Assembly: GCA_009103225.1 (NCBI GenBank)
Contig: RHPI01001116.1
Coordinates: 62,001-126,000 of the forward strand
Reading direction: 5' to 3'
Origin: Chlorokybus atmophyticus
Lineage: Eukaryota; Plantae; Mesostigma and Chlorokybus algae
Length of the DNA stretch: 64,000 bases
The notes beneath the pieces were generated by a model. That model saw only the letters and a list, made by a program, of their open reading frames with translations, was not told the origin of the DNA and did not search any database. Numbering within the stretch: position 1 is the stretch's first letter; the number at the start of each line of letters is the position of its first letter. The position numbers were made by a program, and so were the translations under genes. This document shows, piece by piece, positions 39,041-54,069 of the stretch.

Positions 39041-39339
39041 GATACCTTAGCAAGCCACAAACTGTCTGTAGACAATGAGCACAAAAGCCGCAGTCCACGC
39101 GCAAGATCCAGGCCAGAGGCGATTGTTCCCTGCACCTCTGATTTGTGTAGGCATGCTTGCATGTCGCTGACATGCGTGTGAGTATGCTTGTGCAATGATA
39201 GGCAGGGATGACAGTGCATAGCTTGGTGTGACGATTTTGTTGTTAGTTTTCAGTCTGATACCTTGGCATGCCACAACTGTCTGTGGACAATGAGCACAAA
39301 AGCCGCAGTCCACGCGCAATAACCAGGCCACAGGCGATT
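39041..39339. repeat. ~83-bp direct repeat pair downstream of the MEI2-like stop codon
   Basis: 39041-39124 and 39257-39339 share GACAATGAGCACAAAAGCCGCAGTCCACGCGCAA and its flanks. Confidence 0.85.
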
Positions 39340-39642
39340 ATTTACAAAACAGGCTAAGCAGTCGCTACAGTCCAAACCACAACTGTGCCTACGCTGCCCG
39401 ACAACAAACCAGATGACTAGGGTCGTAAGCCCTGCACAAAATAATCACCGCAAGTGGAGTGAATACCCCTAAACGCAAGGAAAAAATGGGAAAAAGATAC
39501 CAGAACAGATGCTATCAGCAGTCCAACTCGACCAACACTACCCGCAGTATGTACAAATGCGAAATATATGGTGCACTTGCATTTGCCGCCTTACTCTCGC
39601 AACCAAAAAATCACCATGTGAAATGTATCCTGAAAGCTTGTG

Positions 39643-42600
39643 TCACAGCTGGCGTTGTCCAGACGCTGGACGCGAAATTGGACCCAGGCCTGATGAACCA
39701 GTGCTCGATCCAGCAGGGAGGCTGCCATCAAACTGCGACATCCCGGTAAACCCGTAGCTGTTGAAGCCAGTCAATGACCCAAGCTGCAGATCCTCATCCT
39801 TGCCACCCAGGCCTGTAAGGAAGCTACCACTGCCAAAACTGCTAGGCCCACTGCTGTTCATACCTACAAAACCGCCATTGTTGGGACTGCCTGTGCTGGG
39901 TGTACGAACGGGTCGAGATCTGGCTGCAGCACCGCCCACAGGAAATGGTTCCTGGTCCCCTACGTTTGAGAACAGTATAGGGCGACAGCGCTTGTCTTCA
40001 TTCATAAGGCTGGAGTTCTGAAAATGTGCAACCAGCGCAGACTTGCCCTGGATGCGAGCGTAAGCTAAGCTTGCAACCTTCTCGCTGTTGAACTTGTCCC
40101 ACTTCTTGCCGTTGAAAGTTTGGTAGAACGAGACAATCTTGGAGGGATGTGTCATGTTGATGAAGGCATACCCAACATTGCACTTGTTCTTGAAGTCAAT
40201 CGGCAAGTAGAAGAAGTCGTACGTGCCGCGATGCAGTTCGTCAATGGCAGCCAGCAGCATCTTCTGCGTATACTTGTTTGGGATGTTCTTAATCATGAGC
40301 GTCGTGCGCATATCATGCCCATTCAGTATCTTGTCCAAATCCAGGGCGTACTGCTGCTTGGACCTGTCATCAACCCCACCAGAGTTCTGCCTACGCAAGC
40401 CGCCGTTAGGGAGATCACTGGCAGTGTACCCATTGACACAATTGGATGAAGGGCTTGGCTGAAAACCTCTGGCCATGGCAGCATAGCTTCCTGGCGCTGC
40501 ATCATAGCCAGGGCTCATGCCAGCCGCAGCAGCAGGCAGACTGCTGTACTCGGGGTTGCCAAAGCTGGCGCGCCACACACCCTGGCTTCCCATGCTGCCT
40601 GGTACCTGCATTGGCCTTGAGATCGGCCCTGGCGCTGGTTCAAAGCTTGACGATCTGGCCAGCGCCCCATTGTACATGCTGGACTGCACACCACTATGGC
40701 TTGGCGACTGGCTTTGATACTGCAACTGACTTGGAGGACTGGGCTGCCAAACAGACTGCAAGGGGTTCTGCAACAACCACAGCATATCAATGTATAAGCA
40801 ATGTACACCTGTCTTGCGCGCAATGCAGAGGGAACGCGACACGCAGGCAGCGGGTGCTTACATAGCTAGGCCGATCCCACAGTTGAGAACCATTGGCCAA
40901 ATTGTGACTGGTTGGCGCTCCAGGTGCAGCATTAAATGCGGTAGGGCGATTGCCAGATCCTGTTGTTATCACAGGAAGAGGATGTGAGAGGGGGTGCAAG
41001 GCAAAAAGACCAATGCCCCTGTGACAGCATTGCCAACCTGCAGCTCGATCATACGGCGACCCAGATGGTGTAACAGATGCACTCAGGCTGTAATGACGCA
41101 GGTTGCCAGAGTTTGTTATATTGCCGTAATGGTTTGCTGTGTGACCACCATTGCTGACAGGCACTGGACTCTCATAAAATAGGCCGAGCAGATCATCGGG
41201 AAGAGAATGAGTTTGCCCATAGCTGCTACTCGGCCTTGGGGCCGCACGCGGGGGAAGATTGACAGGCAGTGCCTGTGTTCGGTGCTGGTGTTGTGAGGAC
41301 AACTGCGGTGGCAGTGGTGGCGGGAGGTGGGATTGCGGGTACTGCTGGGTAGTCAACCCGTTGGAGAATAGACTGGCACTTGATGCGCCATTTGACATGT
41401 GCTGGTGCATCGGCGGGGTGCCCGAGGCTACACTGGCATACGAAAAGGGACTTGCTCCTAGCATTCTGCTGGAGAAGGCATCCACAGAAGCAGGCAAGGG
41501 TGGTGATGCTGGGAGTGGACTGGATGCTAGCTGCCGGCGCGGCCGATTTTCTTCCTCCGCAAGCTCAGCACTGAGCTGCTGCATCAAACTGCAGCACAAT
41601 ATACCACTGAGTAATAGTAATACTGAGTGATGTGCTAGAAAATGGGGAGCACGCAGCGTCAATATTCCTTCGCATACCTGCGACGAGCGCCACCTGGACG
41701 GCTAGGCTCCAGCTTGATGCGCTTGCCGGCAATATCGCTGCGGTTGAGAGCACGCAATGCACTTTCAGCAGCACGGACATCGTAAAATTCAATGAACTTG
41801 TGATGCTTCTTGTGAGGCGTCTCCCGAACCTGTAGACATACATTGATTCAAAACAGCTCAGTTGCATGCACATCATGCAGGGTGCCTGCAAGCTATGCAT
41901 ACCTCCTTGACTTCCCCATAAACTCCAAATATGCGTCTCAAGTCATCATTGGTGACAGAAGCATCCAGATTGAACACAACCAGAGTGCCTTGATTTATAT
42001 CCTTATCGGAGGGGTTCTCCTGTGAGTACCAGTTGTGAGCACACGACGCTTGCACACAACCAAATGTATTAGATCTCATGCAACGGCCGCACCTTTGGTA
42101 TGCTGTAATGAATATCCAGCTTGCGTCGTCGCAAAGACTTATTTTGCAAGGCGCGCATGGCGTTGCGCGCCGCACGTATGTCGTAGTATGAGATCATCAC
42201 AAAACCTCTATGCTTACAGGCAGTGTATAAAGTACGGATCGCTCCATATTGCTGCAAGCACAAGCATGTTATTGAGTGCTACACCTTTATCACATCAACC
42301 CAAGGCACAGACAGTATGACAGGAGTAGCTTACCTCAAACAGGGCACGCAACTCAGCATCATCAACGTTGCTGTTGATGTTGCGTACAAACAGTGTGCGT
42401 GATGGGTGCTCTCCAAAGGGGTGCTCCGCCGGACCTCCAGAATTACCGATGACGGAGGAATTGATGCCAGCCAGATACTCTATCTTGCGCGTGCCCAGGC
42501 CATCATTGTCACCATCAAGCTCCAAACCACCGCCGCTACTGAACAGATCCATGTCATCCAGTTCAGCAGCAAGGTCGCGAGCCTCTTTTTCCATGACGGG

Positions 42601-43742
42601 GTCGACCAACTCATCGTCCTCAGGCAGCAACTTGCCAATGGTACGTTCCTCAGCATCAGGGTCCAGCAGATCGTGTGCCTCGTCATCCTTTGCGTCCAAT
42701 GGCTTTGGGTACTGCTCATCAAACCCGTCCGTGGACACTCCAGAAAGGTTAACTGTACCAAGTCCACAGTTACACCACAGCTTGCATGACTTGCCAACAA
42801 CAGCATCCCAGGCAGGAACACTCACGTCTACTGTGAAAGAGAGGGTATGAACTAGATTGAGAGCCATTTTCCACAGGAGATGTCTGTGCAGCAGTATTGT
42901 CATCCCTGCCGGATGTCATCTTCATATGAAGACCGGCATTACTACTCCAATCCACTTGAGAGCCATGATGGCTTCCGGGTGTAAAGGCATGCACTAAGGC
43001 ATCCATATGACCTGCAGTATGACTGGATGAAATGCCAGACTCACAGATTGCACACTTAAATTTGGGAGGGCGACTCCCAACCACACGGCAACGGCTGTCA
43101 TATGTTTATCACATTATGTAATGTGCCAACTTCGAGACTCATGCATTTAGCAAAGGCCACTGACTCAAATTACACGACTTAATGACGAATGCACAGGTTG
43201 CTGCGTCTAACTGCCTACAAGTGCATGCAATTCAAGATCCGATGATTGTTCTGAAGCTAAGCCAGGACACACGACTGCACACTGCGCTAGTATCTATCAA
43301 CTTCACCCCTGCATGATGGGCGACAATTTTGCCACATCGTAACCAAGTCCTCGTAGGGATGGCCATGCAATGGCAACTACCAAACAACGCAAACTGCTTA
43401 TCGCAGTGAATAAGGGTGTGAGCAGCTGTCACAGCACGTTCCAACATGACTGTCCAACATGACTGTCAATGCGGCAATGCAGACAAAGAAGTTTCAATTT
43501 CACGCACCAGCTCGTGCTGCCTCAACAGGAGTACCCCGATGAGTGAATTCGACGGGGACAGCGCCTGAAGCATGGTGACCACCTGCAGGAATGCCGCCTC
43601 CAAAGCTGCCAGGACCTTCCTGAGGTGACCAAAACCCTATCTGACGAGGCGGAAACGGCTCCGAACCCATGTCGAGAATGCCACCGGCGTCGAATCCAGA
43701 AAGCCCAAAATTCATGCTCCTCCCTGGATCAGCAACTGTCAT
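39643..43742 (-). CDS. MEI2-like: MEI2-like (AML/MEI2 family) three-RRM RNA-binding protein, multi-exon
   Basis: RRM1 GEHPSRTLFVRNINSNV...ACKHRGFVMISYYDIRAA; RRM2 NQGTLVVFNLD; RRM3 RTTLMIKNIPNKYT...YDFFYLPIDFKNKCNVGYAFIN...KFNSEKVASLAYARIQG. The start codon is tentative. Confidence 0.95.
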
Positions 43743-44013
43743 TGACCCCCTCCACCCCCGCCTCACCCAATTCTGCCTCGCAACCAAAGCAAAGCCACCA
43801 AAACCGCCTCTGCCTCCGGTCCAAGGAGGAATGCTAGCCCCGACAATCCCCGCAGCGGCAGGAATGAACACCAGGCGAGTCCTCCAGGAGAAGCAGCAAC
43901 GCCGTCGCGGTCGCCACGGTGGCGCAACGTGGTACCACGTCAACCACCATTATCCAATTCACCAGAACCGAGCCGCCGGTGAACCTGCTGCACCACTTTG
44001 ACCTCCCACCAAC

Positions 44014-44048
<35 letters not shown>

Positions 44049-44088
44049 ACCGCTGTCACTGACGACAATCAGACAAACTTCCCCTACA

Positions 44089-44097
44089 AAACCCTAA
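44089..44097. promoter_or_regulatory. Telo-box in the MEI2-like/RSP2 divergent promoter
   Basis: AAACCCTAA next to the GC-rich 5' leader of MEI2-like. Confidence 0.5.
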
Positions 44098-44758
44098 TTC
44101 CGCCTCAGGCCGCGCCAGCTGGTTATTTCTGACCGAGAGGCTCATTGTTAACCACGCTAGCGCGACCGTTGGCGGCGGCGAGGGCACACACGCTGGGCAA
44201 AACGCTTTGGCTGGCGCCCCAACGTTTGTCGGTTAGCTCCTCGGTAATTTATCAAAACCCGCGCCGCGCACTGGCAACAACCAACGCATGCTGTTGGTTG
44301 ATGATGCGTTTTGCCTGCCTTGTTGTTACGGAAAACGCTGCACTGAGGAAACTTTACCACTCGCTATTACAGCCTGTGACGTACGGTTAGTAGGCGGTAA
44401 AGTATCCATCCGCGCGCCTGCCTGCGCTGCGCTTTCCCGCCCTCGAAGAGACATCGGCTAGCGCCAATCATTTCGTCACCGCCAACGCAGGCGGCATATC
44501 GACACTGGCAGACCTAAATCACGATGGTGTCGATTTCTTGCCGGGGTTTGTATCAAATGGTCTCGTGCTGATACGCACACTGTCGTGATGACGCCTTTCT
44601 CGGCCTATTTTTAGCGTCACTTTGCCACGTGGCAGACGCTAGTGCCGCCGGCGCCGCCGCCGCCCCTGCTGCTGCTGCCGCCGTCGTCATTGCTGTCCTC
44701 AGCGGCGGAGTGCAGGGCAAGGAGGAGGGGGTGGTGATCAGCAGTTCGCGTGGTGGGG

Positions 44759-47700
44759 ATGGACGCCGCGTACTTGCAGAGCACGGTGGGGGTGGCTCTT
44801 GCCAGAGGCTGCGCCGCCACTGCGGCGGCGGCGCCTGCGGACCCTGTGGAATACCTTGCCAGGTGGGAGTGTGATGACTTGAAACAAACCTAGAAAGGTC
44901 TCAGAATGCAATGTAAGCACTAGTCTTTGTTGAATTGTCCGCAAAGACATCCCGAGTGTGCAGCAGTCCCACTAATGCACGAGATATACAGTAAACGCTT
45001 CTGGTGAGGTTGAGTTAACTAATAGAAAATAGCATATATGCTGATTATGACACAAGTGCTCTACCCGGACGCATTGATTTGTTCTTGTTCAAACAACTAC
45101 TACGAATGGCAAGCTGTTTGCGGTGTCAAGCTGCTGCAGTCCTGTTCAGCTAATCACCACAGAAAGCTCAATCGGAGTTTAAAGATTGAATTGAAGATTA
45201 CTTGCTCTATTGTAGCTCTGAGAGCTGAGTTGTTTGCGTCAAACAACGCAGATGGCTGCACAAATACGTGGCTTCCCAAGCTGTAGAGTCCCAGCTCGCA
45301 GCGGAGAAAGCCGCAGCCGCCGCAGGCAAGTGTTCATGCACTCTGTTTGCAACAAACTGGCAGTCCCAAACATGCACGCGCACACGCACACGCATGCACA
45401 CACAGACACCCGCCCACACTCACACATGTGCATACGTGCAGGGTTGGCAGCGGAGGCAGCACGTGTGGCGGCTGTCGCACAGGCTCAGACCAGCGCGCGC
45501 GCCCGCCGATCGGCTTTGCTTGCTCGCGTGGCCGCCGCTTGCGAGCCTGGAAGGGACCCCTGGGAGGCATGGGCGGCCGCGGCAGAAGCCTGCGGAGACT
45601 ACCTTGACGGTACTTATTGACTTGAGAGTATGCGAAAGGTTGAATCTGATACCTGTGACTGCCTACCTGAGTGTGTGCCCGTCACCAGTAACACCCAAAC
45701 ACACACGCACTCAAGCACACACAGACACTTCCATGTTCAGGTAAGGGGGCGGCGTATGTGGCGGTTGTGGAGGAGAGGGTAAAAGAAAAGCAGAAGGACT
45801 CGAGCGACGGTGGTGAGGAGGACGTGAAGGAGGAAGCTGAAGCCGTGGAGGGCGAAAGCGTGTACACGCGGATGGTCCTAAACTATGTTGCGGCATGCTC
45901 GCGCGGCCAGAGCGCCCTTGGGAAGTTGCTGCCTTCAACACAGGTTAGCAAAGGACTCACTGCGTATGGAGGATGTGTGCTAGTGAGGCTCATGTCACCT
46001 TGTTGCCTTGTGCCAAACATGTGTGTATGTGTGTTCAATATGCGTTGCATTGGGGTGCAGGGTGTAACCATGCAGACGCTGCAGCAAGGTCTGCCAGTTT
46101 TAGACATCCCCAACGTGCTTTACCGCCAAGGCAAGGACACGGTAGTTGTATGATACACAAGTTGGATTGCTTGCACTGTGCAATGACTATGTCAACAACC
46201 ACCTACAGGTGTGCACTTCTTTGGCAACTTTCCACGTCCCGGCGCATACTTCGCAGTGTCGATGGCGTCACCCAACGTCGCGGTACCCGCACAATCCGCC
46301 AATGGCGCTGGCGACGCCATTGACGACAAGGCCAACAGCAATACCAAGAAGCTTGTCCCGCCCGTGTGTGCCATCCTTTGTGTGGACTCCCTGCGAGGAG
46401 GCAAAGTGTCCACAGCTACAGGAGCGAGAGAAGCGGACAAGGGGCAGCCTTTCAACGATGATGAGAAGGACTTCGTTCGCACTGTGGCCAACGTTGTTGA
46501 AAGTAAGACAAGTATATACGCAAATTGGCACATATGTGCACACGCGCGCGCGCACGTGCACACCAAGGCAATAGATCGTTATATGCACACTTACAAGGTT
46601 GGGCTAGCAGTGTGGCTACCATACCTAGCCGCGCATGCCATACTGTTGTACGCACATGCACACGTGACTCCTGTTTACATGCACACTAATGTGTCGCGTA
46701 CGCAAAGGTGCACTGAAGCGCAATGAGGTGGCGAGGGTGGGTGCGAGACCGGCAGAGGCGACAGCGTACGGTGAGATGGTGGCTGAGCTGGCGCGGTTGG
46801 ACGAGGCGGGAGGCAGGAATGCCAACGACAACACCAGCGACAACACTGGTGCCAACGCCACAGACAGCGGCGCAGGTCGCGAGGCCGGGGAGGCCAGCAG
46901 TGAGACGGCCGCTGTGCTGGAGCTCGAGAAGGTGAAACAGAAGATCGATGTCATCAACAAGGCTGTCGGGCGCATCATGGTGAGTATAGAAGGGGTATGC
47001 TGGTATGCCCGCATGCAAGCTGTGACAACCCTAGTGCCATGCATTTGTGTTTGTTGTTGTTGGTGCTGATTGTGTTGAGCATACGTGGGGGGTTGTTGTG
47101 TACAGAAAATGCAAGTGATCATGATACATGCATGTCACTGTTCCTGAAGTGACTTGACTGAGACACTTGTGTCTCTCTCAGGCAACAGCACTGCCCAACT
47201 TGATGACAGCTCACGCGGCTCCCAAGCTCACCCTCGCAGTGCTCAAGGTGAGCAGTGTGTATCCTACTGTCAGAGGTGCCAACATGGTGCACAACCCGCT
47301 CGTATCGGTGTAACCGGTGTGCTTTGCTGCGCGCACAGGCTGTTTACTGCATAGTGATGCGATCCGCCGGCATGGACCACCTGAAGCTGTGGAAGGATGC
47401 GCGCTTGGAGTTCCAAACTGCTGTTCAGGTGTTGAACAAATTATGTGGCTTGAGGTGTTGTGCATGTGACACAGGGAGCGTACCAAGCTGGCATGCTTAC
47501 GTACACCTTCTGTCTGCTGGCGCAACTATCTGCACCGCCAATGAGAGACTCTACTTCAACCAGCGTCTGTGCATAATGATTGAGATCTTGTGAATTGTGT
47601 GCAGAGAGTACCTGCCTTCGACAGCAGTGCTTCGGTGGATGCCGGCGTGTGGGAGGCCTCTGAGCGCCTTGTCGTGGTACAACATGTTACAATGACCTTG

Positions 47701-48380
47701 ATATGTTGCATTGACACAGCTGTCTGACCCACCTGTGGTGGCCCGCAGGACATGGACCAGGCGGCCCTCGCAGCTGAGTCCCACCTTGGCATGGTAAGCA
47801 GCACATGCATGTGGCAAACGCAGCATACTATCTCGTGTATACATGCCACACTGATGTTGCATGCATTGCTGTGTGGACGGAGTCATGACAAGTTGGCGCT
47901 TTGACTACACAGGCACTTTTGGTGTGGACCAAGCGCGTCAAAGAACTCTGCGCTGCTGAGGCAGTGTACCAGAAGGCAGCCAAGACCGCAGCTGAAGCCC
48001 GGGTACGGACATGAACATGTGCAACAAGCTGTCTCTCACATCCACCAATGCTTTTCAACATACCAATCTAATCCATCCACTTCTCAGCCCGCAAACATCA
48101 ACAACTGACAGTCACTTACCATCACCAGGCCAAGGCAGAGGCGGAGGCCGCTGCAGCAGCGGCAGCGCTGGATGCAGAGGAGGCCGCATCGGCAGCAGTG
48201 GCAGCTGAAGCCACCGAAGTGGAGCTGGCGGCGTACTCGATGCCTACTTCACCGGCAGGAGGAGCAGAAGCGATAGCAGCTGCTGCTGCTGAACCTGCAG
48301 AGAGCACTGGCGAGGCAGCTGCTGCTCCCATGGCTGGTGAGGAGGCTGCACCAGCAGATGCACCTGCAAAAGCTGAGTAG
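44759..48380 (+). CDS. RSP2: Flagellar radial spoke protein 2-like (DPY-30 domain, GAF-like region, Ala/Glu-rich tail)
   Basis: MDAAYLQSTVGVALARGCAATAAAAPADPVEYL; NYVAACSRGQ; LDIPNV...HFFGNFPRPGAY; GQPFNDDEKDFV; Ala/Glu-rich C-terminus. These resemble Chlamydomonas RSP2 as I recall it. Confidence 0.8.
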
Positions 48381-48650
48381 TAGTTGGGTCTGTGTATAGA
48401 AACACGCAAGCTAGGTAAGAAAGCTTTGCTACACCATGCCGAAAAGACCATTCTTTCCTGGCTGGTTGCTCAACACTTCACAGCACCTTGCATTGATTGC
48501 GCCACACGCACGAGCGAAGGATTAACGCTAATAGCGTTACTCGCAAACACAGTTGCATACCCCAAGCGACGAATGCGCAAGACATGTGTAGCGTTTCACT
48601 CAACTTTTCAATCGACACTAGTAAGCTCCCTCTAGATACTGAAAACAATA

Positions 48651-51368
<2,718 letters not shown>

Positions 51369-53231
51369 CGCCACCGACACGGCTACCCCAAGATCCCCAA
51401 CCAGTGCGCCTCTCACCGCCGCCCGGAACACCAGGCCAAAATTCCTTCCTGGCCACCACCAGGCCACTAGGCCACCACCAGGCCGGGACAGTATCGCGAC
51501 CAGGCCGGGAATCTCCTCCAGGAACCCTGGCGAACGTGAGCAACACGTTAGCAGCCGCGCTTGAAGCCTTTCATGAAACAAAACAGCACAAATCGTGCCA
51601 TCATTGGTGGGCCCCATCAACACAGATGCTTTTGCAAATTGTATACCGTAGTGCCACAAAATCTTTGTGGCACTACGGTTTTTGTTAAACAATAACTCCG
51701 AGAAGGCAATTTCGAAATCTTGACTGACTTTGCGGCGACTCAACTTATTCTAGTGATATAATTGGTTTAAAATGCATAGGTGGTGGGGTTCTGACGAACA
51801 ATAGGTTAATATAATTGAGCAAAGCTTTTTATGAACATTTCGGAGCACTAGGGTATCACGATGTTTCAGTCTTGTCAGTGGAAGCGAAGTTCAAGATTAA
51901 CATGCGCTTTGGTTTGTGACAACTTTGTCATCCAAATGGTTAATTAGTTGAATATTGCATTGTGACATGTTAACCTATGTGTAGTAATAATAGTAGTATC
52001 AATAACCGACATCATGCTGCTCGAATGATGAGGTAGATAGCTGAAGGCATTGCATGAAAACACGCGTAATGTGTTTTTTTTAAAAACCAACTTCCGTGCT
52101 TTTGATTGGGGCTTAATATACCACATATTGTTCTTTTGTTTACGACGTGCACAAAGTTTTACTACATGGTCGGATGTATGGCACGTATGTAGCCGTTGCT
52201 GTCATGATTAATAATGTATCACGAAATCGACTATAGCAATTATAACAAAAAGTGTTTTAAGTTGCATGCCCAGCTTTGCAGCTTTGAATAACAAGCACCT
52301 TGCTGCACACCACCTGAAAGACAATAACATGCTTAACGAATTGATTTGACTCATAAACAACATAAAGCATATTGCCTTTCAAGCTGCAATCGCAATATTG
52401 GCTTGCAAGAGAGCATTATAACACGTCAAGACTTTGTCGATGCATCTTTCTCATGCGGGCCTGTTTCCATTCCCAAATTGCCATTACACATGTTGATTAT
52501 GATGCTAGAATCTGTATAAACTTGTGTACATCAGCAGGCAACAACCCACCAGTGTTCAAGTAGCGTTGTCATGCCGCATGTTACTAGCGGCTAGCAAGTC
52601 ACGCAGTGGCACCTCAATGCCAACATGTTTGGCCGTCCATTAGTATAGCCAGAAGAAACTTGGAAGGCGTGGCATCCGCAAGCATTAGTTTGGACAGCTC
52701 TTCATATTGCTGCACGCAACACCTTGCTTGCGGGAGCTGACAAAGCAAACTCATCAACATAACGGTCAACTAGAATGTATGCTTCAACAGCCACTTGAGT
52801 TGCAAATATTGCACTAACATTACAACATAATGGACTTGCTGGTTACCCCAGTTTATGGCATAATGTCGTACAATGTTTACTACAAGTGTTATTTACTTGA
52901 TTTAACATCTCGCTATACAAATGCAACATATGATATTTGCACTTCATGCGCCTAGTACACCATTTTCGTTTGTTGTTGCTTTAACATATCATAATGTGTA
53001 TGTAAAGCACATGGTTAATCTTAATTAACCTCACATACACAAGCATTGCGTGCATACAAAAGCAGTACCGATCCGCCATATCAACAAACAGCAACTTGCT
53101 GCAACGACATCAGGAAATACGCACATGGAACTACCGAGTACATATGCACGTATTGTCAACATGTGGCATAGGGTGACACGTTGATTGTGCCCAATGGATA
53201 TTGTATCCCACGCCTGGGGAAAGAGCAGGGG

Positions 53232-53333
53232 NNNNNNNNNNNNNNNNNNNNNNNNNNNNNNNNNNNNNNNNNNNNNNNNNNNNNNNNNNNNNNNNNNNNN
53301 NNNNNNNNNNNNNNNNNNNNNNNNNNNNNNNNN
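53232..53333. other. Assembly gap (N run) flanked by G runs
   Basis: Run of N. Confidence 0.95.
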
Positions 53334-54069
53334 GGGGAGGGAGGGAAGCTGCTGATTATAATGAATGCAAATTGTAATATCCACCCATGCCAATGCAGTG
53401 ACGCAATCCATTTTGCAAATGCAAAACACATGCAGTTTACCGTGCATAACCAATTGATACAAGCAAAGAGTAAGCAGATGACACTATGGGACATTCACAA
53501 CCTGTCAAGACAACCTACTAGCATTAACAGTTGCCTACAGCGCTTATGAAGCCATGAAGCCAGCGAAAGCCCTAAGCACACGTTAAACAGGCAGCCACAA
53601 AGCTCACCGTGTACTGCTATCGTTGCCTACTCCTGGCCTGATGGCGGGAAGGTTGTGTCCTCTGACCGCGCGCGGGCCTCGCGCCTCTCTGACCCTAACC
53701 CCAACCCTATTCCAGGGGGAGGGGGGGGGGGGGGGGNGGACTCCCTCGTAGGGGCACTGCCTCGACACCACGGCACACGCGCGGGCGCGGCGAGAGTGAG
53801 TCTCTCTCCGCGGCGCGCGAGAGTTGCACAACAGCGCAACTAATTTGTAAACATTTGCGTTCAATTTGCCTCTTAAAGAACATACCATTTGATGTGGAAC
53901 CATGTCTCCATCTCTGTGCATATATTGTAGAATGTAGTTGTACATCGCGATCCTTTCCACTTCGTCAGGCCTGGCACAATAGCAGTGAATGGGATGCACG
54001 ATACAAGTCTGTGCATAACTGTTTAAAATGCGAGCACGATTCAAAGGTGAACGGGTATCAACATATGTT

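Noticed and set aside
40787-40860. Apparent stop and second gene within MEI2-like (two long ORFs in different frames)
   Set aside because: A GT-AG intron (donor GTAAGC near 40860) joins the two ORFs; it is one gene.
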